From a virus: DNA of 53,607 nucleotides. The stretch lies in IMG/VR virus record IMGVR_UViG_3300022748_000006, one strand, 5' to 3'. Numbering within the stretch: the stretch's first letter is position 1; the number at the start of each line of letters is the position of its first letter. Below the pieces are notes generated by a model. That model was given only the letters and a program-made list of their open reading frames with translations, did not search any database and was not told where the DNA came from. Shown here piece by piece: positions 18,735 through 27,447 of the stretch. The position numbers and the translations under genes were made by a program.

Positions 18735-20276
18735 ATGTCGGCAAGCGGCTACACACCCATCCTGATCTACGGCAGCACCACGGCCTCAAACGTGCCTTTG
18801 GCGGCGAACCTGACGACCAGTTCGTCCGGCGTGGAATTGGCCATCAACGCAGCCGACGGCAAACTTTTCTACAAGGACAGCGGCGGCACCGTGCAGGTGC
18901 TTGCCACAAAGGGTGCCGCTCAGAACTCAATCAGTTTTGGCACGACAGGACTGACTCCAAACACAGCCACTCAAGGTGCTGTGACAGTTGCCGGAACTTT
19001 GATCACATCCAACGGTGGCACTGGATTGTCCAGCTACACCTCAGGTGATTTGCCTTACTATGCCTCTGGCACAGCATTGTCCAAACTGGGAATCGGCACC
19101 AGTGGACAGATTTTGACTTCCTCAGGCACTGCCCCTCAGTGGAGCACGCTATCTGGTGTGGCCGTGACCACATTCAGCGCAGGCACGACAGGGTTTACAC
19201 CATCTTCTGCCACATCCGGCGCAATTACTTTGTCGGGCACGCTTGCCACCACAAACGGCGGTACAGGACTGACCAGCTTCACTGCCAACGGTGTTGTCTA
19301 CGCATCGTCTACAAGTGCGCTGACCACTGGTTCTGCGCTGACGTTTGATGGGACAACATTCCGCACACTGTCTGGCGCTGTTGCATCAGGTGGTTCAGTC
19401 AACGGTAAGTTCCGTCTTGATCGTTCTGATGGCACGACAAACCTTGGCTATATTGATTGGGTAACTGTAGCCGATGGAATGCGCTTTTACAACAACAATG
19501 GCGGTTACTTCTCTTGGGAACAAAGCTCTGCTGGCGAATTGATGCGCCTGACCAGCACAGGGCTGGGTATTGGGACTACTTCGCCAATCTCTCGCTTACA
19601 CGTAAACAGTTTTTCAACGAACACCACAACAATCACGGTTGGTAACAACAACGGCGGGACGCAAATCGGATTCGATTCAACCAATGCGTCATTTGTTTCG
19701 GCCTATGCAAACAATGCGTTGCGCTTTGGCTATAACAGTGGCTCTACGTTTGTTGAAACCGCCCGTATCGATTCCAGCGGTAACCTTTTGTTTGGTGGAG
19801 CATATGGAACAAGTGTAGCCAGTGGTATGGCAATCACGAATCCAACATCAGCAACCATCATGTATATCGGGCATGCGGTAGGAACTGCATCGGGATCGGT
19901 GTACTCAGAATTTAGATACAACACAACAACGATTGGCACAATTACTCAAAACGGCACAACAGGTGTTCTGTACAACATCACTTCCGACTATCGCCTGAAA
20001 AACGTCCTCGGTGCGGTGTCTGGTCAAGGTGCTCGAATTGATGCTCTGGAGCCAATCGAATACGAATGGAAAGCTGATGGTTCCCGTACTCGTGGTTTCT
20101 TGGCGCACAAGTTCCAAGAGGTTTATCCCGGTAGCGTTAACGGCGAAAAAGACGCTGTTGATGCTGAAGGCAAGCCCGTCTACCAAACCATGCAAGCAAG
20201 CACATCCGAGGTCATTGCTGACTTGGTGGCTGAAATCAAATCCCTCCGTCAACGCCTTGCAGCCGCAGGCCTCTAA
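18735..20276 (+). CDS. Tail fibre protein 2 with C-terminal intramolecular chaperone (peptidase S74-type) domain
   Basis: 513 aa. N-terminus YTPILIYGST. C-terminus SDYRLKN..LEPIEYEWK..GFLAHKFQEV..AEIKSLRQRL is typical of auto-cleaving fibre chaperone domains. Confidence 0.8.
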   Translation: MSASGYTPILIYGSTTASNVPLAANLTTSSSGVELAINAADGKLFYKDSGGTVQVLATKGAAQNSISFGTTGLTPNTATQGAVTVAGTLITSNGGTGLSSYTSGDLPYYASGTALSKLGIGTSGQILTSSGTAPQWSTLSGVAVTTFSAGTTGFTPSSATSGAITLSGTLATTNGGTGLTSFTANGVVYASSTSALTTGSALTFDGTTFRTLSGAVASGGSVNGKFRLDRSDGTTNLGYIDWVTVADGMRFYNNNGGYFSWEQSSAGELMRLTSTGLGIGTTSPISRLHVNSFSTNTTTITVGNNNGGTQIGFDSTNASFVSAYANNALRFGYNSGSTFVETARIDSSGNLLFGGAYGTSVASGMAITNPTSATIMYIGHAVGTASGSVYSEFRYNTTTIGTITQNGTTGVLYNITSDYRLKNVLGAVSGQGARIDALEPIEYEWKADGSRTRGFLAHKFQEVYPGSVNGEKDAVDAEGKPVYQTMQASTSEVIADLVAEIKSLRQRLAAAGL

Positions 20277-20294
20277 TTCCAGAAAGGAAAAACC

Positions 20295-20597
20295 ATGACA
20301 ACTCAATTTAACTGGCAGATCACAAATTGCGACAGCCTGATTTCTGATGGCTTCATCACTACCGCCCACTGGACGGCATCCGCTGTTGATGGTGATTACA
20401 CCGCCAGCATTTATTCCACTTGCTCTTGGCAACCCGGCACTCCAACGATTCCTTACAGCCAAGTGACTCAGCAACAAGTGCTTGACTGGTGCTGGACTTC
20501 TGGAGCTGATAAAGACGCTACTGAAGCTGCTTTGGCTCAAAACATTGAGCTTCAAAAGAACCCTGTGGTGACTGCTGGTTTGCCTTGGGCTAATTAA
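20295..20597 (+). CDS. Hypothetical protein downstream of the fibres
   Basis: 100-aa ORF, Trp/Thr-rich. Confidence 0.65.
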   Translation: MTTQFNWQITNCDSLISDGFITTAHWTASAVDGDYTASIYSTCSWQPGTPTIPYSQVTQQQVLDWCWTSGADKDATEAALAQNIELQKNPVVTAGLPWAN

Positions 20598-20642
20598 CGG
20601 GAAGCCGCCACCCGACCTTGGCGGCACATCAAAGGAAATGAA

Positions 20643-20876
20643 ATGGGCAACAACACAAAACCCCAACTCATCATTGACGGCGTCGAATACGACGTGGAAA
20701 AACTAAACGAACAACAGCGTGCTCTTCTTGATCACGTCGTTGATCTGGAGCGCAAAGTAGGCTCTGCACGATTCAATCTGGATCAGTTGCAAGTTGGCCG
20801 CGATGCGTTCTTCAACATGCTCAAGCAGGCATTGGTTGATCAGCCTGCAGAGGCTGAAGTCAAGCCAGCGGAGTAA
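20643..20876 (+). CDS. Hypothetical protein
   Basis: 77-aa ORF with a coiled-coil-like sequence. Confidence 0.6.
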   Translation: MGNNTKPQLIIDGVEYDVEKLNEQQRALLDHVVDLERKVGSARFNLDQLQVGRDAFFNMLKQALVDQPAEAEVKPAE

Positions 20877-20879
20877 AAA

Positions 20880-21101
20880 ATGGACAACCAGCAACTCTTC
20901 AACATGGTGGTATCGGTTGCCGGGTTTCTGGCTGTCTGGGTCTTCAACAACCAGACCCAAAAAATCCAAAAGCTGGAAGATCGGTTGTCCAATCTCCCAA
21001 GGGAGTATGTCAACCGTGACGACTATCGCGCAGACATCAGAGAAATCAAGGACATCCTTCATCAAATCTTTGACAAATTGGACGGGAAGGCCGACAAGTA
21101 A
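20880..21101 (+). CDS. Small membrane protein (holin/antiholin candidate)
   Basis: 73 aa. One N-terminal hydrophobic helix (LFNMVVSVAGFLAVWVF), then a charged helix. Confidence 0.5.
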   Translation: MDNQQLFNMVVSVAGFLAVWVFNNQTQKIQKLEDRLSNLPREYVNRDDYRADIREIKDILHQIFDKLDGKADK

Positions 21102-21601
21102 TGGAGCCAATTAGCACCGCTCTTGCCGCATTTGCAGCCGTTCAGAAGGCTGTTTCCCTCATCAAGACGGCGTCAAAAACCGCTCAGGATGTGGCAAGCC
21201 TTGGCCCATTGATCGGCAACTATTTCGATGCCAAGCACACCGCTCTCAAGGCGGTCAAAGAAACAAAACGCGAAGGCGGCTCCAATCTTGGAAAGGCCGT
21301 CGAAATTGAGTTGGCCCTGAAGGCTCAGGCCGACTTTGAAGAGCAACTCAAGGGTCTGTTCTTCCCAAACAACATGGACATCTGGGAATCCATCCAAGAG
21401 CGGGTGCGCCAGATGGATCAGGAGGACAAGCACGCCGAACGCGCCGCCGTGGAGCGTGCCAAGAAAGCCAAGGAAGAGGCCCGGCAGAGGCTGGAGATAG
21501 CCATTGTGATCTTGTCGGTTGTCTTTCTGTTTGGATTGGTTGGAGCGGGTGTTTACATGATCCGTGATCACTGCAAGACAGCACAATGCGGGTACAAGTG
21601 A
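21101..21601 (+). CDS. Membrane-anchored coiled-coil protein
   Basis: 166 aa with a TAATG overlap. C-terminal TM helix (IAIVILSVVFLFGLVGAGVYMI). Confidence 0.6.
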   Translation: MEPISTALAAFAAVQKAVSLIKTASKTAQDVASLGPLIGNYFDAKHTALKAVKETKREGGSNLGKAVEIELALKAQADFEEQLKGLFFPNNMDIWESIQERVRQMDQEDKHAERAAVERAKKAKEEARQRLEIAIVILSVVFLFGLVGAGVYMIRDHCKTAQCGYK

Positions 21602-21822
21602 TGAAACACATTCTTGGGATCGTTCTGCTGGTTTTGGTCGGGTGCCAAGACCACTATAGGTACCCATGCCAGAACCCTGACAACTTCTACGCCAAAGAGT
21701 GCCAGAAGCCAAAATGTCTGTTTACGCAGATGTGCCCCGAGTACCTCGTCGCCCCTATTTTGGAGAAACAGGCAAATGTTCAAGCTCAACAACCAGCATC
21801 CGAAGCCTCGACTAACCGCTGA
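21601..21822 (+). CDS. Cys-rich lipoprotein
   Basis: ORF track 21586..21822 trimmed to ATG 21601 (TGATG junction). Signal peptide plus lipobox LVGC, then four further Cys. Confidence 0.6.
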   Translation: MKHILGIVLLVLVGCQDHYRYPCQNPDNFYAKECQKPKCLFTQMCPEYLVAPILEKQANVQAQQPASEASTNR

Positions 21823-22291
21823 GGAATACGAAGTCCGCATCTGGGGCTTTGTCGTGATTGTGGTGATGCTGGTGTTTGCTGGCATCACAGGGGCCATGCT
21901 GTACTCCGTGATCTTTGTTGTGCAGCCCATCAAGACGATGGCTCCGATTGATCAGGCCTTTACCAAGATGCTCAACGACATCGTCCTACTGATCGTGGGT
22001 GGTATTGGCGGCATCATGGCCAAAAAGGGTGTGGGAGCCATGTCGGAAAAGCTGGCTGGGCCACCCCCTGCACCGCAGGCCACAATGCCTTCCGGGGCAA
22101 CCATGCCTCCAGTACCTCAGCCAGTACCAGTTACCGCTCCTTCCACGCCCAACTGGAACTGGATGGGCTACCAAAACCCCACTTTGGATGAAAGCTGGAC
22201 GCCCGGCCCACCACCCACAACTCCACCAGATCATCAAGAGCCTGACGAAGACCGTCTGTCCCTTGCAATTGCCCGTCAAGAGGTGAATTGA
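21776..22291 (+). CDS. Two-TM membrane protein with Pro-rich tail (holin candidate)
   Basis: ORF track 21614..22291 trimmed to ATG 21776 after TGGAGA. Two hydrophobic helices. Overlaps the lipoprotein gene by 47 nt in another frame. Confidence 0.5.
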   Translation: MFKLNNQHPKPRLTAEEYEVRIWGFVVIVVMLVFAGITGAMLYSVIFVVQPIKTMAPIDQAFTKMLNDIVLLIVGGIGGIMAKKGVGAMSEKLAGPPPAPQATMPSGATMPPVPQPVPVTAPSTPNWNWMGYQNPTLDESWTPGPPPTTPPDHQEPDEDRLSLAIARQEVN

Positions 22292-22761
22292 TGTTCGGGG
22301 TACCTCTGCCCTACGCAGCCCTTGGAGGCCTCTTGCTGGCCCTTCTGGCCTATTTCACGGGCCATCACAAGGGCTGGGCCGAACGTGACGCTGAAATGCA
22401 GGTGGAAATCGCCAAAAAGAACGAAGAAGCCCGGAACACGGAAATCAAACTAAATGCACAGGTTAATGCAAGTGCAGTTCAACTACAGGAGGCCAATAAT
22501 GTCATTGACCAAAAATCAATTGCTCTTACTGCTGCCATTCGCGCTGGCCGGGTGCGGCTCCCAGCCCCAAGTTGTGTACAAACCACCCCAAGTGCCCCCG
22601 CTGCCGCCCCAAATCCAGAAGATGGAGCCGAATCTGACCGACAGACTCTCCTCCTTATTGCTCAACTCGCCGCAGACGGGGACAAAGCCATCACTCAACT
22701 CAACGCCTGCATTGACGCCTACACAGCCGTCCGGGAGCAAATAAATGGCAGTAACCGCTGA
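22288..22761 (+). CDS. Rz: i-spanin (Rz-like)
   Basis: 157 aa with an N-terminal TM and a coiled-coil periplasmic part. It contains the embedded lipoprotein ORF. Confidence 0.8.
   Translation: MMFGVPLPYAALGGLLLALLAYFTGHHKGWAERDAEMQVEIAKKNEEARNTEIKLNAQVNASAVQLQEANNVIDQKSIALTAAIRAGRVRLPAPSCVQTTPSAPAAAPNPEDGAESDRQTLLLIAQLAADGDKAITQLNACIDAYTAVREQINGSNR
22499..22744 (+). CDS. Rz1: o-spanin (Rz1-like) embedded in Rz, +1 frame
   Basis: ORF track 22454..22744 trimmed to ATG 22499, 6 nt after CAGGAGG. Lipobox LAGC, with a Pro-rich mature part. Confidence 0.8.
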   Translation: MSLTKNQLLLLLPFALAGCGSQPQVVYKPPQVPPLPPQIQKMEPNLTDRLSSLLLNSPQTGTKPSLNSTPALTPTQPSGSK

Positions 22762-23347
22762 ACAACTTGCCAAAATTGGAGTCGGACTCCAGTGGGTCGA
22801 CCCGCTGAACGAGACTTTCCAGCGTTTTAGCATAGTGACTCCACGTGAGCAGGCCATGTTTATTGGTCAGTGTGCCCACGAATGCGGCAACTTCAGTGTT
22901 CTGGAGGAGAATCTGAATTACCGTGCGGCCACCCTGATGCGGGTCTGGCCAAAGCGCTTTCCTACGCTGGAAGTCGCCAACGCCTATGCCGGGAACCCCA
23001 AAAAGATCGCCAATTTGGTCTACGCGAACCGCATGGGCAACCGCGACGAGGCTTCCGGGGACGGCTACCGATTCCGAGGCCGTGGCTGCATCCAGTTGAC
23101 TGGCTCGGCCAACTATTACCACGCTGGTAAGGCTTTGGGGGTGGATCTCATCATGAATCCCGATCTGGTGGCCACACCCAAGTACGCAGCCCTGACAGCC
23201 GGGTTTTTCTGGTCAACCCATGGGCTGAACGCTTTGGCTGAAGCCGGGGACGATTTGGGCTGCTGCAAGCGGATCAACGGTGGTACCCTTGGACTCGATG
23301 ACCGGAAACACCGCACCCAGCAGGCACTTGCCGTCCTGACGGCCTAA
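22745..23347 (+). CDS. Endolysin, glycoside hydrolase family 19 (chitinase-like)
   Basis: Motifs FIGQCAHECGNF and YRFRGRGCIQLTGSANY are typical of GH19 phage lysins. No signal sequence. Confidence 0.9.
   Translation: MAVTAEQLAKIGVGLQWVDPLNETFQRFSIVTPREQAMFIGQCAHECGNFSVLEENLNYRAATLMRVWPKRFPTLEVANAYAGNPKKIANLVYANRMGNRDEASGDGYRFRGRGCIQLTGSANYYHAGKALGVDLIMNPDLVATPKYAALTAGFFWSTHGLNALAEAGDDLGCCKRINGGTLGLDDRKHRTQQALAVLTA
22776..22792. repeat. Palindrome copy tTGGAGTCGGACTCCAg (15-bp core perfect)
   Basis: Inside the endolysin N-terminus, read as IGVGLQ. Confidence 0.9.
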
Positions 23348-23378
23348 TGGGACAATCGGAACAACCGAAAAGACTGAC

Positions 23379-24017
23379 ATGACCACTACGCCAAGTTTTG
23401 TTCTTACTTACGATAGCCTGAGCAGTACAGTCCTCCAATACTTGGAGCGCTCTGACCCCGCCGTCGTCGCCGCCATCCCAACTTTTATCACCCTGTGCGA
23501 GTATGAAATCGCTCAGGAAATCAAGACTTTGGGCCAACTGGCGGTGGCCACGGCCACAATGACTCCAAACAACCCCGTGTTGGCCAAGCCAGCCCGGTGG
23601 CGCAAGACCGTCTCCATGACGTTGACCAATGGCACGAGCACCCAGCCCGTGCTGCTGCGCAAGTTTGAATATCTGAAGTCGTACTGGCCAAATGCATCGC
23701 AGACCGATGTGCCCCAGTTCTATGCCGACAACGACTATGAGCACTGGTATCTGGCACCGACTCCAGATCAGGCCTACACGTTTGAAGTCCTGTTCTACGA
23801 GCGCATCGCCCCACTGAGTTCGACAAACCAAACCAACTGGCTGACTCAGTACGCCCCCAACGCCATGCTGTATGGCACCTTGCTGCAGGCCATGCCGTTC
23901 CTCAAGAACGACCAACGGCAGATTTTCCAGCAGAAGTACACTGAAGCCATTCAGGCTCTCAAAACCGAAGATGTCGCCCGTGTTGGTGACCGTCAGGCTA
24001 TTGCCGTGGATTCCTAA
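23379..24017 (+). CDS. Putative virion (neck/adaptor-type) protein
   Basis: 212-aa ORF following the lysis cassette, at the start of a second structural block. No diagnostic motif. Confidence 0.6.
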   Translation: MTTTPSFVLTYDSLSSTVLQYLERSDPAVVAAIPTFITLCEYEIAQEIKTLGQLAVATATMTPNNPVLAKPARWRKTVSMTLTNGTSTQPVLLRKFEYLKSYWPNASQTDVPQFYADNDYEHWYLAPTPDQAYTFEVLFYERIAPLSSTNQTNWLTQYAPNAMLYGTLLQAMPFLKNDQRQIFQQKYTEAIQALKTEDVARVGDRQAIAVDS

Positions 24018-24019
24018 TC

Positions 24020-25234
24020 ATGACAACATATACCTCGCCCTTCACTGGCCAAACGCTGAACCCCACGGACGTTGGCTATGAATCGCTGACCATCAGCAAC
24101 GACACGTTCCTTCAGTGGCCCGTGAACGGCAACAACGGCAACGTGGTGTCAAGCATCATTGATGTGACGGCAACCACAACCGGGTTGCATTTGGCGCTTC
24201 CTCCGGCAACTCAGGTGTCCACAGGTCAAAGCCTTATTGTCCGCAACATTGGCTCAAACGCCTTTACAGTGACAAACGTCATTGGTGGGACAATCACCTC
24301 GGTTCCTTCTGGAATTGCGGAATACATCTACCTGACGGACAACACGACTCAAAACGGCACATGGGCCGTGGTGACGTTTGGTGCAGGCACTTCAGCGGCC
24401 AATGCAGCCACCTTGGCTGGCTATGGCTTGATGGCCATCAACACCACGTTGAATCAGGCCTACAACGTCACTCAGGTCTACTCAAACTACACGTTCCTTG
24501 CCGCAGACCGTGCAGGGTTTTTTGTGTGGGACAGTGGTGCTGGCACATTCACCATGCCGACGGCATCCTCAGTTGGAAACAACTGGTTCGTGATGATCCG
24601 AAACAACGGTACGGGCATTTTGAACATCGTCCCATCCGGCACTGACACCATCGACGGCAATGCCAATGCCCAATTGCAGATTGGCGAATCGTTCGTCATT
24701 TGCAGCAACGGCTCCAGCTACAACACGTTCGCCTATGGACGCTCTGCGCAGTTTTTCTTCACGCAACTGACAAAGGTCGTGACTGGCGGCACGGTGACGT
24801 TGAGTTCTGCCGAAGCGGCCAACTTGATCCAAGAGTACACCGGGACTCTGACGTCGAACTGCACGGTGATTCTGCCTCCAACGGTGCAGTTGTACTCCCT
24901 GCAAAATAAGACCACTGGCTCGTACAGCTTGACGTTCAAGACGGCGTCTGTCGGGGCGTCCACAGTGGTTCTTCCGCAAAACCAAACCATCATCGCCATC
25001 TGTGACGGAACGAACGTCTATAACTCGCAGACGGCCATTGGCTCGATCACTTCGATCACGTTGGCCAACGGATCTGCAGCAGCGCCATCTTTGAACTTCA
25101 TCGGCGACACAACCACTGGTTTGTACCTGATCGGTAGCGGCCAGATGGGTGTGGCCGTCAGTGGCTCCAATGCAGCAACATTCACGACCACTGGCCTGTT
25201 GGTTCCAGTTGGCATCCCCGGTGGGTCGTTCTGA
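24020..25234 (+). CDS. Tail-associated structural protein (ends in GGSF)
   Basis: 404-aa Thr/Asn/Gly-rich ORF. The C-terminal TTGLYLIG..GIPGGSF shares the terminal GGSF with tail fibre 1. Confidence 0.65.
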   Translation: MTTYTSPFTGQTLNPTDVGYESLTISNDTFLQWPVNGNNGNVVSSIIDVTATTTGLHLALPPATQVSTGQSLIVRNIGSNAFTVTNVIGGTITSVPSGIAEYIYLTDNTTQNGTWAVVTFGAGTSAANAATLAGYGLMAINTTLNQAYNVTQVYSNYTFLAADRAGFFVWDSGAGTFTMPTASSVGNNWFVMIRNNGTGILNIVPSGTDTIDGNANAQLQIGESFVICSNGSSYNTFAYGRSAQFFFTQLTKVVTGGTVTLSSAEAANLIQEYTGTLTSNCTVILPPTVQLYSLQNKTTGSYSLTFKTASVGASTVVLPQNQTIIAICDGTNVYNSQTAIGSITSITLANGSAAAPSLNFIGDTTTGLYLIGSGQMGVAVSGSNAATFTTTGLLVPVGIPGGSF

Positions 25235-27204
25235 TGACAGCGAAAGTCGCGGTTTTACAAGTCAGGCCGGGCATTCAGCGGGACGGCACGCAGTTTGCCG
25301 CGCCCTGTTTTGTCGACGGCAAGTGGGTGCGCTTCCAGAATGGCCTGCCACGCAAAATGGGGGGCTACAACGGCATCTTCCTGAACGTGACAGACGTCTC
25401 TCGTGGCATGACGATGACGTCCACCAACGGCCTGAACTATGTCATCTCTGGCTACAGTTCTGGTCTTGAGCAGTGGTCAACAGACAATGACGATGGTATT
25501 GGCTTCGGCCCAACTGGATACACTTTGAGCGGTTTCACCGCCAATCCTGACAATCTGTGGCAGTTTGACATTGGGTACGACTCCACTGGCGGCAATCAAA
25601 ACCAACTGATCGCTCACCCCGGGCAAAACCTCAGCGCCATAGACAGCACGGTAAATACCCGTCCGCTGTATGGTTCATTCCCGGGCACCGTTTTGTCCCC
25701 TGTGGGCGTTTTTACGGCATCTGGAACAACCACGAACGGTTCACCCAACGTAACCTTCGCAACGACGAACGTCGCCATTGGCGCTGGTTTATCGGTCTCC
25801 GGTACAGGCATTCCAGTAGGCACTACCGTGGTCAGTGCATCTGTAGTGGCTGGTGTGTTCACCGTGGTGTTGTCGGCCAACGCCACGGCATCCGGCACCG
25901 TGACCCTGACGTTCGACGCCAACATCTCCGTGTCTGGTGGTGTGGTGATGTTGCATCCGTACCTGTTTGTGTACGGCAACAACGGCCTGATCCAGAACTG
26001 CGCTGCAGGCAACTTCAACGACTGGGTCTCTGCTGACGCCAACGCCAACAACGTGTCCACGGGAAAGATCGTCAAGGGTCTGCCCCTGCGCGGTGGCACA
26101 ACGTCACCCGCTGGTTTGTTCTGGTCTTTGGACTCCGTCATCCGTGTGACGTACTCACCATCGACGGTGAACAACATCAACTACTACTGGAAGTACGACC
26201 TGCTGACCAGCCAGACATCCATCATGTCCAGCCAGTGCGTCATCGAGTACGACGGCATCTTCTATTGGTGCGCAGTGGATCGCTTCCTGATGTACAACGG
26301 TGTTGTTCAAGAGATCCCCAACAGCCAAAACCAAAACTGGTTCTTTGACAACCTGAACTATGCGCAGCGTCAAAAGGTCTGGTGTACAAAGGTGCCTCGC
26401 TGGGGTGAAATCTGGTGGTTCTACCCTCGTGGTGATGCAACAGAATGCACCGATGCGATCATCTACAACGTGCGTGAAAAGACTTGGTACGACGCAGGCT
26501 CCGCTCAAGGTGCGCGTCGTACTGCCGGGACGTTCTCCGAGGTGTTCCGCAAGCCAATCTGGGCAGGATATGACCCTGTGATAGTCCCATTCAAGGACGT
26601 GGTGTCCTTCAGCAGCGGTGCGACCACATTGACACTATCGAGCGCAGACATCCGTGTCAAGGCTGGCCAGACAGTGGCAGGCACTGGCATTGCTTTGGGC
26701 ACAAAGGTCACCAACGTGGTGGGCACAGCAATAACGATTGACACTGCCACCACCTCGGCTCAGTCTGGTGTGAGTGTGTCGTTCACTGGCCCCAGCTACA
26801 TCTTGTGGCAGCACGAGACCGGAACGAATGCCGTCTACACAAACAACGTGGATGCCATCCAGTCCTACTACGAGACAAACACCTTGGGTGGAAACGTCGG
26901 CTTGGTGGGTTCTATGCAGCAGCCCGGACAAAACGTCTGGACTCGCTTGGAGCGCTTCGAACCCGACTATGTGCAGTCTGGCACCATGAACTTGTACGTC
27001 TTGGGTAAAGGCTATGCTGACGACACTGACGTCATCACTGGGCCTTATACGTTTGAGCCAGATACACTGAAGATTGATCTTCGTGAGCAGCGCCGAGAGA
27101 TGCGTCTGCGGATCGAGTCGAACACTCAAAACGGTGACTACTATCAAGGCCTTGTGGTCTTGAGCATAGACACTGGCGACGTGCGCGGCACTGGGAATCC
27201 GTAA
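25234..27204 (+). CDS. Putative nozzle / tail tubular protein B-like
   Basis: 656 aa with a TGATG overlap. Size and N-terminal pattern (VRPGIQRDGTQ..NGLPRKMGGY) are reminiscent of podovirus gp12-type proteins. By eye only. Confidence 0.5.
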   Translation: MTAKVAVLQVRPGIQRDGTQFAAPCFVDGKWVRFQNGLPRKMGGYNGIFLNVTDVSRGMTMTSTNGLNYVISGYSSGLEQWSTDNDDGIGFGPTGYTLSGFTANPDNLWQFDIGYDSTGGNQNQLIAHPGQNLSAIDSTVNTRPLYGSFPGTVLSPVGVFTASGTTTNGSPNVTFATTNVAIGAGLSVSGTGIPVGTTVVSASVVAGVFTVVLSANATASGTVTLTFDANISVSGGVVMLHPYLFVYGNNGLIQNCAAGNFNDWVSADANANNVSTGKIVKGLPLRGGTTSPAGLFWSLDSVIRVTYSPSTVNNINYYWKYDLLTSQTSIMSSQCVIEYDGIFYWCAVDRFLMYNGVVQEIPNSQNQNWFFDNLNYAQRQKVWCTKVPRWGEIWWFYPRGDATECTDAIIYNVREKTWYDAGSAQGARRTAGTFSEVFRKPIWAGYDPVIVPFKDVVSFSSGATTLTLSSADIRVKAGQTVAGTGIALGTKVTNVVGTAITIDTATTSAQSGVSVSFTGPSYILWQHETGTNAVYTNNVDAIQSYYETNTLGGNVGLVGSMQQPGQNVWTRLERFEPDYVQSGTMNLYVLGKGYADDTDVITGPYTFEPDTLKIDLREQRREMRLRIESNTQNGDYYQGLVVLSIDTGDVRGTGNP

Positions 27205-27437
27205 TGATTTCATACGACCCTCGCGGCATGGATTGGCCACAGTACAACAAGCTGATGGCCGAACTGTTTGCGCCAAACGAGTTGGGCTATGTACCGGAAG
27301 AACGCTGGCGCGAGTGGGTCGATGGCATGAACGGCATCGGGTATTTTGGACAGTCTGCAATTCCTGACCAGCGCATGTGCGCAACATGGCAGGAGTGGGC
27401 AGAACAAATGGTCGGCATCATGAGTATCGGTGCTTGA
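27204..27437 (+). CDS. Hypothetical protein
   Basis: 77-aa ORF with a TAATG overlap. Confidence 0.6.
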   Translation: MISYDPRGMDWPQYNKLMAELFAPNELGYVPEERWREWVDGMNGIGYFGQSAIPDQRMCATWQEWAEQMVGIMSIGA

Positions 27438-27447
27438 GGAAAAGAAT

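Noticed and set aside
20604-20625. Hairpin GCCGCC-N10-GGCGGC after 20295..20597 as a terminator.
   Set aside because: No T-run follows and the loop is large. It is kept as a possible RNA structure only and not called as a terminator.
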